From: Firmicutes bacterium UBA5286
GTDB lineage: Bacteria > Bacillota > Proteinivoracia > UBA4975
NCBI GenBank assembly: GCA_002408465.1
Contig: DHSM01000013.1
Location: 1,551 to 65,550 of the forward strand
Direction: 5' to 3'
Length of the DNA stretch: 64,000 bases
In this document: piece by piece, positions 17,999-28,087 of the stretch
Layout: each line of letters opens with the position of its first letter
How positions within the stretch are numbered: the stretch's first letter is position 1
Position numbers and translations under genes: made by a program
The notes under the pieces: generated by a model
What the model was told of the DNA's origin: nothing
Databases searched by the model: none
What the model saw: only the letters and a program-made list of their open reading frames with translations

Positions 17999-19192
17999 AT
18001 GGATACTCCGATCATCCATGTAGATATGGACGCATTTTTTGCGTCGGTAGAGATGAGAGATAATCCCCAGTACCGGGGCAAGCCGGTAATCATTGGCGGC
18101 GATCCCCGCCGGGATGTGCGCTCGGTGGTGTCCACTGCCAGTTATGAGGCCAGGAAGTTCGGGGTCCATTCGGCCATGCCCTTGATGCAGGCCTATAGGC
18201 TGTGCCCTCAGGGGATCTTCCTTCGGGGCAATATGGCCCGGTATGGGGAAGTGTCCCGCCAGATTATGCAAATCTTTGCCCGCTATACCCCTTTGGTGGA
18301 ACCCTTGTCTGTAGATGAGGCCTTTTTGGATGTTTCCGGCTGTGAGGGACTATTTGGCCCGCCGGTGGTGATCGCCGCCCGCATCCAGGAGGATATTGAG
18401 CAAGAATTGCAGCTGACAGCTTCAGTGGGGGTGGCGCCAAACAAGTTTTTGGCCAAACTGGCTTCGGATTTGGAAAAGCCCCGGGGCTTTACCGTCATTC
18501 GGCCAGATGAGGTTGAGGCTGTGCTTACGCCGCTGCCTGTGGAAAAGCTGTGGGGGGTAGGGGAAAAGACTGCGGTCAAACTCAGGAGCATGGGCATAGA
18601 TACCGTTGGGCAGCTAGCAAGTTTGCCGGAAAATTTGCTGACGGCAGCCTTTGGCAAAATGGGCGCCGCTCTGCGGTATTTGGCCAGGGGCGAGGACTGC
18701 CGCACAGTGGAGACCAGCCGGGCCGCCAAGTCTATCAGCCGGGAGATCACTTTCCCCCGGGATGTAACAGATATGGACAGGCTGCAGACGGTAATTCTGG
18801 AACTGGCCGACGATGTGGCCTGCACTCTGCGGGCCAGTCAGTTTCTCGCCGGGACGATTACCCTGAAACTCAGGTACGGAAATTTTGAGACCCTTACCCG
18901 GCAGGGGCCGCTGCCTGCTCCCGCCTGTCTGACCATGCCCATTTACAATAAAGCCCTGGAACTGCTGGCCAAGGTCAATCTTCAGGGCAGGGGCATCCGC
19001 CTGGTGGGGGTAGGGACCGGCGGGTTGGTAAAGAGTCAGGGAAGCCGGCAGCTCAGTTTTTTTGAGGACCCGGGACTGGCTAAAGAGGAAAAAATCGCTG
19101 AAGCCATAGATCGGGTTTCCGCCCGCTACGGCAGCGGCGTGGTCAAGCGGGCCGCCCTGATCAAAAAAAACAATACCTCCCGGGAACGATAG
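17999..19192 (+). CDS. dinB: DNA polymerase IV
   Basis: HVDMDAFFASVE, SYEARKFGVHSAMP, SVDEAFLD, NKFLAKLAS; C-terminal QLSFF clamp-binding motif. Confidence 0.95.
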   Translation: MDTPIIHVDMDAFFASVEMRDNPQYRGKPVIIGGDPRRDVRSVVSTASYEARKFGVHSAMPLMQAYRLCPQGIFLRGNMARYGEVSRQIMQIFARYTPLVEPLSVDEAFLDVSGCEGLFGPPVVIAARIQEDIEQELQLTASVGVAPNKFLAKLASDLEKPRGFTVIRPDEVEAVLTPLPVEKLWGVGEKTAVKLRSMGIDTVGQLASLPENLLTAAFGKMGAALRYLARGEDCRTVETSRAAKSISREITFPRDVTDMDRLQTVILELADDVACTLRASQFLAGTITLKLRYGNFETLTRQGPLPAPACLTMPIYNKALELLAKVNLQGRGIRLVGVGTGGLVKSQGSRQLSFFEDPGLAKEEKIAEAIDRVSARYGSGVVKRAALIKKNNTSRER

Positions 19193-19274
19193 GAGCAGGA
19201 CTTTTTTCCCCTGTTGGGATATAGTAAGATGAAAGTGCAGAAAACTGTGCTTTTTCTTAAGAAGGGGTGATGAA

Positions 19275-21827
19275 ATGACGGAGAAATTAATGCTGATAGA
19301 TGCCAACAGCTTGCTGTACAGGGCGTTTTTTGCATTGCCGCCTCTGGAAAACAGCCAGGGTCAGCCCACCGGGGCGGTGTACGGACTGATTAATATGCTG
19401 CTGAAATTGCTGGACCAGTACAAGGTTGACTATGCTGTGGCCGCCTTTGATTTGCCGGAACCCACCAAGCGCAGCCTGGAGTACAGCGAGTATAAGGCCA
19501 ATCGCCCGCCCACGCCTTTTGAACTGCGCGGCCAGATGCAGATTGCCCGGGACGTGCTCCGGGCTATGGGCATTGAGTGTATTGAGCTGGCAGGGTATGA
19601 AGCTGACGACCTAGTGGGGAGCATGGCGGCAAAAGCTGCCCAAGAGGGCTGTTTCAGCTGGATTGTAAGCGGCGACCGGGATATCCTCCAGGTTGTGGGA
19701 GAATCTACTCATGTAATCATGACCCAAAAGGGCATCAGCCAGACCGCAGTTTTTGACGAGGCAGCGGTTGAGGCAAAATATAATGTCAGTCCCCCCCAGA
19801 TTGTCGACATCAAGGGGTTGATGGGGGACAGCTCAGATAATATCCCCGGGGTGCCGGGGATTGGCGCAAAAACCGCCAGCAAGCTGATTTCCCAGTATGG
19901 CAGCGTGGCGGGAGTGTATGAGAACATTGACCAGTTGAAGGGAAAAATGCGGGAGAACTTGGAACTCTACCAGGATCAGGCTTTTTTGAGCCGGCGGCTG
20001 GCAGAAATCGACACCCAGGCGCCCCTGCCCCTGGAATGGCCGCCGGCCAAGCTCAAGCGGGATGACAAGGAATTATACAGATTATTTAAGAGGCTGGAAT
20101 TTAACACCCTGCTGGAGCGGCTGGCCCTGGTGGATTACAGTGAGGCCAAGCTGAAAACCATCACCAGCCCTCAACTGGATCCGAAAATTTTCAGCGGCCA
20201 GGAACTGGCGGTGATCTTGCTGGAGGATTCTCTGGCTGTTGGCAACAAAGAAATGTCCCTGCTCTTTGCCGGTGACGGGTTTGCTGCCGCTTGCCAGGGG
20301 CTGGAGGAGTATTTGGGCCGGGAGGCAACCCTCATCACCGATGATGCCAAAAAGATCTACCGCTTTGCTTTTGATCGGGAGATTGCTCTGGAAGCTGAGG
20401 TCCACAGCTGCCAGCTGGCGGCTTATTTGCTTAAGCCCGGCAGCAATATGGATATTCCCAACCTGGTTCGGGCCTGGACCGAAACCGGCGTTGACCGGGG
20501 GGAGCAATCGGAACAAGAACATGTGGCGGCCCATGCCAGCCTGCTGCCTAAGCTGTGGCAGAGCCTGAAAGAGAATTTGCAGGCGACCAAGGCCTGGGAA
20601 TTGTACCGGGAGATTGAACTGCCCCTCAGCCGGGTGTTGGCCCGGATGGAACGCACCGGCATTGCCGTAGATGTCCGGGAGCTGGAGACAATAGGCGCTG
20701 AGCTCCAGGCAAAGATTGTTGACTTGGAAGAACGAATCATCACTGCCGCGGGCTATGAATTTAACATCAATTCGCCTAAGCAGCTGGGAGAAATGCTCTT
20801 TGAGCGCTTGGGCATTCCGCCTGTGCGCAAGACCAAGACGGGTTATTCCACTGATGCAGCGGTGCTTGAGTTCATCAGCGACAGCCATGAAGTGGTGCCC
20901 CTGGTTTTGGAATACAGACAGCTGGTGAAACTGCAGAGCACATATGTCCAGGGGCTGAAAGATGTTTGGGACCAGGAGACCGGCAGGATATACACCAACT
21001 TTAACCAGATGGTGACCGCTACCGGCCGCCTCAGCAGCACCGAACCCAATTTGCAGAACATACCCATCCGCCTGGAGGAAGGGCGCAGGATTCGCAAGGC
21101 TTTTGTCCCAGGCGGCGGCTATCAGTGGCTGCTGGCTGCTGACTATTCCCAAATTGAGTTGCGGGTATTAGCCCATATTTCCGGCGATTCTACATTGACG
21201 GAGGCTTTTCGCGGGGGCCAGGACATCCACCGGCGCACGGCGGCGGAAATTTTCGGGGTGGCCCTGGAGGATGTAACTGACAGCCAGCGCCAGGCGGCCA
21301 AGGCCGTCAATTTTGGCCTGGTTTACGGGCAGACCGATTTCGGCCTGGCAAAATCCCTGGGGATTGCCAAGAAAGAGGCTGCCAGTTACATTGACGCATA
21401 TTTTCACCGCTATCCCGGGGTCAAGGAATACATGGATCATATTGTCGCCCAGGCCAGAAAAGACGGCTATGTCACCACCCTTTATAACCGGCGCCGCTAC
21501 CTGCCGGAAATCGGCAGCCGCAATTTCCAACGCCGCTCCTTTGCCGAGCGCACTGCCATCAACACCCCTATCCAGGGGACGGCGGCAGATATTATCAAGC
21601 TGGCCATGGTGGAAGTGGAAAAACGCCTGGAGGCTGAGGGACTGGTGTCAAGAATGCTGCTGCAGGTTCATGACGAACTAGTGCTGGAGACCACCTCTGA
21701 GGAACTGAAGCGGTTGGCCAAGCTGGTTGTTACAGCTATGGAGGAAGTTGTCCAGTTGAATGTTCCCCTGGTTGTAGATGTAAAGACCGGCTCCAACTGG
21801 TATAATATGGAGTCAATAAAGGACTGA
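19275..21827 (+). CDS. polA: DNA polymerase I
   Basis: 5'-3' exonuclease (RAFFALP, EADD, GDSSDNIPGVPGIG) and polymerase motifs DYSQIELR, AKAVNFGLVYG, QVHDEL. Confidence 0.97.
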   Translation: MTEKLMLIDANSLLYRAFFALPPLENSQGQPTGAVYGLINMLLKLLDQYKVDYAVAAFDLPEPTKRSLEYSEYKANRPPTPFELRGQMQIARDVLRAMGIECIELAGYEADDLVGSMAAKAAQEGCFSWIVSGDRDILQVVGESTHVIMTQKGISQTAVFDEAAVEAKYNVSPPQIVDIKGLMGDSSDNIPGVPGIGAKTASKLISQYGSVAGVYENIDQLKGKMRENLELYQDQAFLSRRLAEIDTQAPLPLEWPPAKLKRDDKELYRLFKRLEFNTLLERLALVDYSEAKLKTITSPQLDPKIFSGQELAVILLEDSLAVGNKEMSLLFAGDGFAAACQGLEEYLGREATLITDDAKKIYRFAFDREIALEAEVHSCQLAAYLLKPGSNMDIPNLVRAWTETGVDRGEQSEQEHVAAHASLLPKLWQSLKENLQATKAWELYREIELPLSRVLARMERTGIAVDVRELETIGAELQAKIVDLEERIITAAGYEFNINSPKQLGEMLFERLGIPPVRKTKTGYSTDAAVLEFISDSHEVVPLVLEYRQLVKLQSTYVQGLKDVWDQETGRIYTNFNQMVTATGRLSSTEPNLQNIPIRLEEGRRIRKAFVPGGGYQWLLAADYSQIELRVLAHISGDSTLTEAFRGGQDIHRRTAAEIFGVALEDVTDSQRQAAKAVNFGLVYGQTDFGLAKSLGIAKKEAASYIDAYFHRYPGVKEYMDHIVAQARKDGYVTTLYNRRRYLPEIGSRNFQRRSFAERTAINTPIQGTAADIIKLAMVEVEKRLEAEGLVSRMLLQVHDELVLETTSEELKRLAKLVVTAMEEVVQLNVPLVVDVKTGSNWYNMESIKD

Positions 21828-21832
21828 AGAAG

Positions 21833-22675
21833 ATGCCTGAACTGCCAGAAGTAGAGACAATCGTCGGCGACCTGGCCCCCCTGCTCACGGGGGCCAGAAT
21901 TATCAGGGTGCAAGTTTGGGACCCTCGGCTGGTCCGTTTTCCAGGAGCTGAAGATTTTAACCGCCGCCTTACAGGCAGGATTATCCGGACCATGACTAGA
22001 AGGGGCAAGTATGTAGTTGTTGAGCTGGACCAGGGCCTTACCTGGCTGGTGCATCTGCGCATGACGGGAAGGCTGTTAACCAGGCTGGAGCCGGGGGAGC
22101 GGCACCAGCGGGCTCAGTTTACCCTGGATAATGGGGTTAATCTGTCTTATTGCGATTTGCGCCGGTTTGGCGATATGTGGGCTTTCTGGCCAGGGGAGGA
22201 GGAGCACTTGGGGGGCTTTCAAACCTTGGGACCTGAGCCCCTGGGAGAGGAGTATAACCCGGACTGGCTGCTGGCGGCCTTTGCCGGCCGCAAGGCAGCG
22301 GTCAAGGCCCTGCTCCTCAATCAGAGCATTGTCGCCGGCCTGGGCAATATATATGCCGATGAGGCCCTCTTTTTGGCGGGAATCCATCCTGCTAGGTCAG
22401 GCTGTTCCTTGACGGCAGAAGAATGCGGGACGCTGGCCGCGGCAGTGAAGACAGTCATCGCCGGGGCTATTTCCAGCCGGGGGACAACCTTCAGGGACTA
22501 TCGCAGCGGCCTGGGCACCGTCGGCAATTACCAGCAACGGCTGCAGGTCTATGGCAGGGCGGGAGAGCCTTGCTTCAGCTGCGGCGAGACACTGGAACGC
22601 ATGCGGATTGGAGGCAGGACCAGTGTGTTTTGCCCCCGGTGTCAGCTGCAGGTCAGGCAAGCGGGGGAGATTTAA
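21833..22675 (+). CDS. mutM: Formamidopyrimidine-DNA glycosylase
   Basis: PELPEVE N-terminus, RRGKY, HLRMTG, GLGNIYADE, C-terminal Zn finger. Confidence 0.97.
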   Translation: MPELPEVETIVGDLAPLLTGARIIRVQVWDPRLVRFPGAEDFNRRLTGRIIRTMTRRGKYVVVELDQGLTWLVHLRMTGRLLTRLEPGERHQRAQFTLDNGVNLSYCDLRRFGDMWAFWPGEEEHLGGFQTLGPEPLGEEYNPDWLLAAFAGRKAAVKALLLNQSIVAGLGNIYADEALFLAGIHPARSGCSLTAEECGTLAAAVKTVIAGAISSRGTTFRDYRSGLGTVGNYQQRLQVYGRAGEPCFSCGETLERMRIGGRTSVFCPRCQLQVRQAGEI

Positions 22676-22935
22676 AACCATGTCGGTTTTCGTCCACGGC
22701 ATCACCTGAAAACACTGGATCGAGGAGTAGCTAGATTTTTCGGTTTGACGAAAGAATTTCAGCGGCAGCTAGCCGGGCAGAGAACCCAGAATATCATTAT
22801 TAACACCTGTGGGTGTTTTTTTGTCCAATCAGAGGTGGTGAAGTAAAAGTAATCGAAACGATAATCTTTATAGTCAAGCCCTTTATCTTCCGGGCAGCTT
22901 TGATATAATTAGTTAAGTGCGAAAGGAGGGTGCCT

Positions 22936-23544
22936 GTGGAACCAGTGGTCATAGGCCTTACCGGCGGGATTGCCTGCGGCAAGTCTACGGTGGCCAGGAC
23001 ATTAAAAAGCAAAGACGCAATAATAATTGATGCTGATCGGGAATCCAAACAATTAATGAAGGCAGGCAGCCCCATATGGACAAAACTGATAGCTGAGTTC
23101 GGCAGGGAAATACTCAATCCCGATAACACTATTAACCGCCGCCGCTTGGGCAACATGGTTTTTGGCGATGGCTACAAATTAAAGAAACTCAATTCCATTG
23201 TTCATCCAGGGGTGATTGAGCAGATTGCCGGGAAAATCCGTCGCTATAAAGAGGAAGGCCGCTGGCCAGCAATTGTCTTAGATGCGCCCCTTCTTTATGA
23301 GGTGGGGGCGGAAAAATTAGTTGATTTTACTTGGGTGGTGGCCGTCGACCGCCAGACCCAAATTAACCGCCTGCTGGCCAGGGACAAGATTACCCCTGAG
23401 CAGGCCAGCCAGCGGATTGAGGCTCAGATGCCTTTAGAGGAAAAGGTGGCACGGGCAGATGCGGTTATCAATAATACCGGCAGCCGCAGGGCAACCCGGG
23501 AAATGGTGTATGATTTATGGAATCAGTATGTTGAAAGAGGATGA
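22936..23544 (+). CDS. coaE: Dephospho-CoA kinase
   Basis: IGLTGGIACGKST, LNSIVHP, DAPLLYE; conserved polA-mutM-coaE synteny. Confidence 0.95.
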   Translation: MEPVVIGLTGGIACGKSTVARTLKSKDAIIIDADRESKQLMKAGSPIWTKLIAEFGREILNPDNTINRRRLGNMVFGDGYKLKKLNSIVHPGVIEQIAGKIRRYKEEGRWPAIVLDAPLLYEVGAEKLVDFTWVVAVDRQTQINRLLARDKITPEQASQRIEAQMPLEEKVARADAVINNTGSRRATREMVYDLWNQYVERG

Positions 23545-24119
23545 AGATGAAATATAAGCTGTTTTCCAGGCTTGTGGCCTTGCTTGTTCTGGCCGTATTG
23601 GTCAGTTTGCTCTTTGAATTGCCGATTTTTTGGCGCCAATTTTATCCCATCCGCTATAAAAAAATTATTGTGGAACAAGCCGCAGCTAATAATTTAGATA
23701 AGGCTTTGGTAGCCGCGGTGATAAAAGTGGAAAGCAATTTTCGCGCCGACGCCGTTTCCAAGGCTAACGCCCGTGGTCTCATGCAGCTTCGCCCCAGGAC
23801 GGCTATGGAGGTGGCCCGGGGGCTGGGCCATGAAATTAATGAAGAGGCTTTCCCGGAGAAACTCTTTGATCCCGAATATAATATAATCCTGGGCACCCGC
23901 TACCTTGCCGCCATGCTCAAGCAGTTTGGCGGCGATGAGACTCTGGCCCTGGCGGCCTATAACGCCGGCCCGACGAAGCTGCGCTCCTGGCTTGATGCAG
24001 GAACCTGGGATGGCACCTGGAAAAACCGCCGGCAGATTCCCTACCCCGAGACTAGAAACTACCTGGACAAGGTTCGGCAGGCTAAAGAGAGGTATCGCAA
24101 ACTCTATAAAAATGACTAA
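23541..24119 (+). CDS. Lytic transglycosylase (SLT domain)
   Basis: VIKVESNF, ARGLMQL, LAAYNAG, IPYPETRNY. Confidence 0.92.
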   Translation: MKMKYKLFSRLVALLVLAVLVSLLFELPIFWRQFYPIRYKKIIVEQAAANNLDKALVAAVIKVESNFRADAVSKANARGLMQLRPRTAMEVARGLGHEINEEAFPEKLFDPEYNIILGTRYLAAMLKQFGGDETLALAAYNAGPTKLRSWLDAGTWDGTWKNRRQIPYPETRNYLDKVRQAKERYRKLYKND

Positions 24120-24154
24120 TGTTTCCGCAGATTTTTCCGATAGAGGTGAGGACT

Positions 24155-25114
24155 ATGACTGTGCTGCTTACGGTCAAGGACTTAAAGACTTACTTTCACA
24201 CGGCAAAAGGCATTATTCCCGCTGTGGACGGCGTCGATTTTTCTGTCTCTCAGGGGGAAACCTTGGGCCTGGTAGGGGAATCAGGCTGCGGCAAGAGCGT
24301 CACAGCCCTGTCAATAATGGGCCTGGTGCCATCGCCGCCAGGTGAGATCCGTGGACAAATCCTTTTTGACAACCAGGATGTCCTGTCTCTCAGTGAGCGA
24401 GAAATGCGTCGGCTCCGGGGCAACGAGATGGCCATGATCTTTCAGGAACCCATGTCTGCCCTCAACCCGGTCCTGACCATTGGCGACCAAATTGGCGAGG
24501 CAATCAGGCTGCATCAGGATATCAAGGACAGGGATGTAGAAGAGCGGACCATAGATATGCTGCAACTGGTGGGCATTCCTATGCCGGAACGGCGCCTGCG
24601 AGATTATCCCCATCATCTTTCCGGGGGCATGCAGCAGCGGGTTCTCATTGCCATGGCCCTGTCTTGCTATCCAAAGTTGCTCTTTGCGGACGAGCCCAGC
24701 ACTGCCCTGGATGTCACCATCCAGGCCCAGATTCTCGAATTGCTGAAAAAGCTGCGGACAGATTTTAATACGGCAATTGTCCTTATCTCCCATGATCTCG
24801 GCGTAATTGCCGAGATGGCAGATCGGGTGATTGTAATGTATGCAGGGAAATTTGTCGAAGAGGCTTCTGTCAGCGACATCTTTCACAAGCCTCTGCACCC
24901 ATATACCGAAGGGTTGTTATTGTCTGTTCCCAGGCTGGACAGGCCCAGGAAACGGCTGCAGCCAATCAAGGGCTCAGTGCCCGATCTCCTTGACCTGCCT
25001 GGGGGCTGCAGTTTCCATCCCCGCTGCCCCTATTCCTTAGAGATTTGCAGGCAGGAGGCACCTCAACTCAAAAGCCTTGGCGCTGGCCGCAGGGTCAGCT
25101 GCTGGCTGCGCTAA
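24155..25114 (+). CDS. oppD: Oligopeptide ABC ATPase OppD
   Basis: GESGCGKS, LSGGMQQR, ADEPSTALD, C-terminal Cys cluster (FHPRC..C..C). Confidence 0.9.
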   Translation: MTVLLTVKDLKTYFHTAKGIIPAVDGVDFSVSQGETLGLVGESGCGKSVTALSIMGLVPSPPGEIRGQILFDNQDVLSLSEREMRRLRGNEMAMIFQEPMSALNPVLTIGDQIGEAIRLHQDIKDRDVEERTIDMLQLVGIPMPERRLRDYPHHLSGGMQQRVLIAMALSCYPKLLFADEPSTALDVTIQAQILELLKKLRTDFNTAIVLISHDLGVIAEMADRVIVMYAGKFVEEASVSDIFHKPLHPYTEGLLLSVPRLDRPRKRLQPIKGSVPDLLDLPGGCSFHPRCPYSLEICRQEAPQLKSLGAGRRVSCWLR

Positions 25115-25126
25115 AGGAGAGTCAGT

Positions 25127-26119
25127 ATGCTAGAATCTGCCAGACCGCTTCTTCAGGTTCAAGACCTGGTAAAATACTATCCCGTCAAACACGGTTCTTT
25201 TTCCCGGGCCAGGGCCTTTGCCAAAGCTGTGGATGGAATCAGCTTTGACATCGCCTGGGGTGAAACCCTGGGCTTGGTAGGCGAATCCGGCTGCGGCAAG
25301 ACCACTGCCGCCATGACAATCCTCCGTTTGGAAGAGGCAAGTTCTGGCATCGTCATCTTCGATGGCAGAAATCTCATGGAACTGGACCGGTCCGAGTTGC
25401 GCCAGGTGCGCCGGGAGATGCAGGTGGTGTTTCAGGATCCTTATTCCTCTCTTAATCCCCGGATGACCGTCAGGGATATTGTGGCCGAGCCCTTGATCGT
25501 GCACAAAGAGGCCAGAGGAAATGTGCTTGAAAGAAAAGTGGCTGAACTGCTGGATGTTGTCGGCCTCAGCCCCAGCTTCGGCGGGCGCTATCCCCATGAA
25601 TTCAGCGGCGGGCAGCGCCAGCGCATAGGCCTGGCTAGAGCTCTGGCCTTAAACCCCAAGCTCATTATTCTCGATGAACCAGTCTCCGCCCTGGATGTAT
25701 CGATTCAGTCTCAGATCGTTAATCTGCTGGAGGACTTGCAGCAGCAGTTTAAGCTGACGTACCTGTTTATTGCTCATGACTTAAGTGTCGTCAATCATAT
25801 AAGCGATCGGGTGGCAGTGATGTACCTAGGTAAAATCGCAGAAATGGCGGACACCGAAGAGCTTTTTTGTGATCCTCAGCATCCCTACACTCAGGCCCTG
25901 CTTTCCTCAGTGCCTATTCCCGACCCGGCAATTCAAAGAAAGAAAATAATTTTAAAGGGAAATGTTCCCAGCCCTGTCAACCCGCCTTGGGGCTGCAGGT
26001 TTCATACCCGTTGTCCTTATAAAATGGATATTTGCACGCAAAAGGAACCCTTGCTCAATGATATTGGCGGCAGCCATTTTGTCGCCTGTCATCTCACCGG
26101 CGGTCAAGTAAAAAAATAA
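25127..26119 (+). CDS. oppF: Oligopeptide ABC ATPase OppF
   Basis: [36 protein letters not shown]. Confidence 0.9.
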   Translation: MLESARPLLQVQDLVKYYPVKHGSFSRARAFAKAVDGISFDIAWGETLGLVGESGCGKTTAAMTILRLEEASSGIVIFDGRNLMELDRSELRQVRREMQVVFQDPYSSLNPRMTVRDIVAEPLIVHKEARGNVLERKVAELLDVVGLSPSFGGRYPHEFSGGQRQRIGLARALALNPKLIILDEPVSALDVSIQSQIVNLLEDLQQQFKLTYLFIAHDLSVVNHISDRVAVMYLGKIAEMADTEELFCDPQHPYTQALLSSVPIPDPAIQRKKIILKGNVPSPVNPPWGCRFHTRCPYKMDICTQKEPLLNDIGGSHFVACHLTGGQVKK

Positions 26120-26196
26120 ATTTTTGCTTGCAGTTTTTTTCTTGAAACAAATAGTCTTGACTTATTTGCACATTCTGCTTATAATATGTTCTGTTA

Positions 26197-26281
26197 GCGA
26201 GAGTGGCGGAACTGGCAGACGCGCACGTTTGAGGGGCGTGTGACAATAGTCATGTGGGTTCAAGTCCCACCTCTCGCACCA
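26197..26281 (+). tRNA. tRNA-Leu(GAG)
   Basis: Cloverleaf with long variable arm, anticodon GAG, CCA; SigA promoter TTGACT-17-TATAAT at 26157-26185. Confidence 0.95.
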
Positions 26282-26394
26282 ATTTAAAATCAGGACATGG
26301 GGAATGCCCTTTGTCCTTTTGTTTTTAGCTAAATGCTTTTTTATGCACCTACATCAACCTTTGTCATTAAACTGGGTAATGGAGGTGCAAAAAA

Positions 26395-26664
26395 ATGAAA
26401 ATAGCCCTGGAAATGTTGCGCACCCAAGTGCTCAGTCTGGCAGGAAGATATTCTGAGCCCAAAAGGCGCGGTGAGCTGGAGCAGGCTTTGATAATTTTAG
26501 AAACCGAACTGCACAGCAGCCAAATCCAAAGCCAGCGAATAATGTTGCTGCTTAGAGGAATCATGGCCGCCCAACCGGGAAGTGCAAAGGCAGTCAATCA
26601 ATTCCTGCGTACGCCCAGTGTGACCCGCATCATGAATGCTGGAGGAGATTTCCATTTAAAATAG
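26395..26664 (+). CDS. Hypothetical protein
   Basis: Good RBS (ggaggtg) and ATG; no recognisable motif. Confidence 0.55.
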   Translation: MKIALEMLRTQVLSLAGRYSEPKRRGELEQALIILETELHSSQIQSQRIMLLLRGIMAAQPGSAKAVNQFLRTPSVTRIMNAGGDFHLK

Positions 26665-26739
26665 CGAACGAGAGAAAGCGGGCTTAGAAGATTTATCTGC
26701 TTGACGCTAATTAACCTGCTGTGTATAATAGTTAGTGCT

Positions 26740-26816
26740 GGAGCTGTGGTGTAGTGGCCTAACATGCCTGCCTGTCACGCAGGAGATCGCGGGTTCGACT
26801 CCCGTCAGCTCCGCCA
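26740..26816 (+). tRNA. tRNA-Asp(GTC)
   Basis: Cloverleaf, anticodon GTC, CCA; promoter TTGACG-17-TATAAT at 26701-26729. Confidence 0.96.
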
Positions 26817-26821
26817 TCTTT

Positions 26822-26897
26822 GCCGCGGTAGCTCAGTCGGTAGAGCAGTGGACTGAAAATCCACGTGTCGGCAGTTCAATTCTGCCCTGCGGCACCA
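26822..26897 (+). tRNA. tRNA-Phe(GAA)
   Basis: Cloverleaf, anticodon GAA, CCA. Confidence 0.96.
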
Positions 26898-26903
26898 TCA
26901 TAT

Positions 26904-26978
26904 GCGGAAGTGGCTCAGTGGTAGAGCATCGCCTTGCCAAGGCGAGGGTCGCGGGTTCGAATCCCGTCTTCCGCTCCA
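26904..26978 (+). tRNA. tRNA-Gly(GCC)
   Basis: Cloverleaf, anticodon GCC, CCA. Confidence 0.96.
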
Positions 26979-26983
26979 TCCGA

Positions 26984-27057
26984 GGCGGCATAGCCAAGCG
27001 GTAAGGCAGAGGACTGCAAATCCTTTACCCCCAGTTCAATTCTGGGTGCCGCCTCCA
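26984..27057 (+). tRNA. tRNA-Cys(GCA)
   Basis: Cloverleaf, anticodon GCA, CCA. Confidence 0.95.
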
Positions 27058-27066
27058 TTATTATTT

Positions 27067-27154
27067 GCCGGGGTGGCGGAACAGGCAGACGCAAGGGACT
27101 TAAAATCCCTCGAGCCCAAAGCTCGTACCGGTTCGATTCCGGTCCTCGGCACCA
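27067..27154 (+). tRNA. tRNA-Leu(TAA)
   Basis: Cloverleaf with long variable arm, anticodon TAA, CCA; terminator aaagacga..tcgtcttttttt follows. Confidence 0.95.
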
Positions 27155-27532
27155 CCTGAAACCATAAAAGACGAGTCATCGTCTTTTTTTTTTCCCCGCC
27201 ACTACATGGACATTAGATCTACGATAAAATTCTCTCCATGGCATTTGTTCGTTAATTGGAACAGAAAAAAGCGACACAGGCGTTTGTGTCGCTTCCAAAA
27301 GCTTTAAACTTTATACAGCTTCACGCTCAAAATAGTTGGCACTGTTACTTGATCCAATTGCCACGGCTACCAGGCCGATAAGACCAGGGATGAGCCGCCA
27401 ATTCACGAGCAGCTTGTCCACAGTAACTTCCCAGTAGTTTCCTGGCAGCAATTACTACAGAAGCTTGCCGTTTGATACCTCCTTAATCATAAAGCCACCT
27501 TTGGGCGTTATGTACGTCTATGGTAGCTTCTT

Positions 27533-27811
27533 TTATTTAACTTTTGTCAGAAGAGTTTCCTCATGCTTGGCAACAAGCTTCTCTATCTGGTCGAGCTTTT
27601 CGGCATTAAGTGTATACCCGTCGAACAGAGCACCGAGCTTTAGGCTATGCTCGTTCTCCATCCTGACGATTATTCCTTTAATCTCGGCCAGTTCATCTTT
27701 AGTGGCCATGTTGGCTTCCATGTTGTCAACTTTTTTGTCCAAGCCATCAAATTTCTTAGTGAGGTCACTAACCTGAGAGGCAATCAGCTCTAACAAATCT
27801 TTTTCAGTCAC
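27533..27811 (-). CDS. Small coiled-coil hypothetical protein, probably prophage-derived
   Basis: GTG start coupled to the upstream repressor remnant; heptad-like MATKDELAEIK..KLGALFDGY. Confidence 0.65.
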   Translation of the reverse strand: MTEKDLLELIASQVSDLTKKFDGLDKKVDNMEANMATKDELAEIKGIIVRMENEHSLKLGALFDGYTLNAEKLDQIEKLVAKHEETLLTKVK

Positions 27812-27980
27812 TTATCCTCACCCCGCTTTTCTCTTATCATCCGCACGAACTCTTTGAACTGCTCAATATCCTCCAGCCCTCCTCAGTCCATTCGTCCCCG
27901 TCATGGTGGGCGGCGATGGTCTCGGGAGGATTTTTTATGTCTGTGCGACCTAGTAGGTGGTCAACGGAGACACCAAACAT
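27808..27980 (-). pseudogene. C-terminal fragment of XRE/ImmR-like phage repressor, frameshifted
   Basis: FGVSVDHLLGRTD..ETIAAHHDGDEWTEE, then frameshift near 27878 to LEDIEQFKEFVRMIREKR*; N-terminal HTH missing. Confidence 0.75.
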
Positions 27981-28087
27981 ATGCATCTCCCTGTACAAAT
28001 CATTTTACAACATAGAGTTGTCATTTTCCACCCATACAACTAAAAGAAGGATAAAGTAAGCAGCCCATTAATCTAGGAGGGCCACAG

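Noticed and set aside
22676-22929. 250-nt gap between mutM and coaE with tttcgtc/gacgaaa inverted repeat and a start-less open frame
   Set aside because: No recognisable RNA motif or protein family; cannot support a call.
26735-27159. ORFs overlapping the tRNA cluster
   Set aside because: Spurious translations of tRNA genes.
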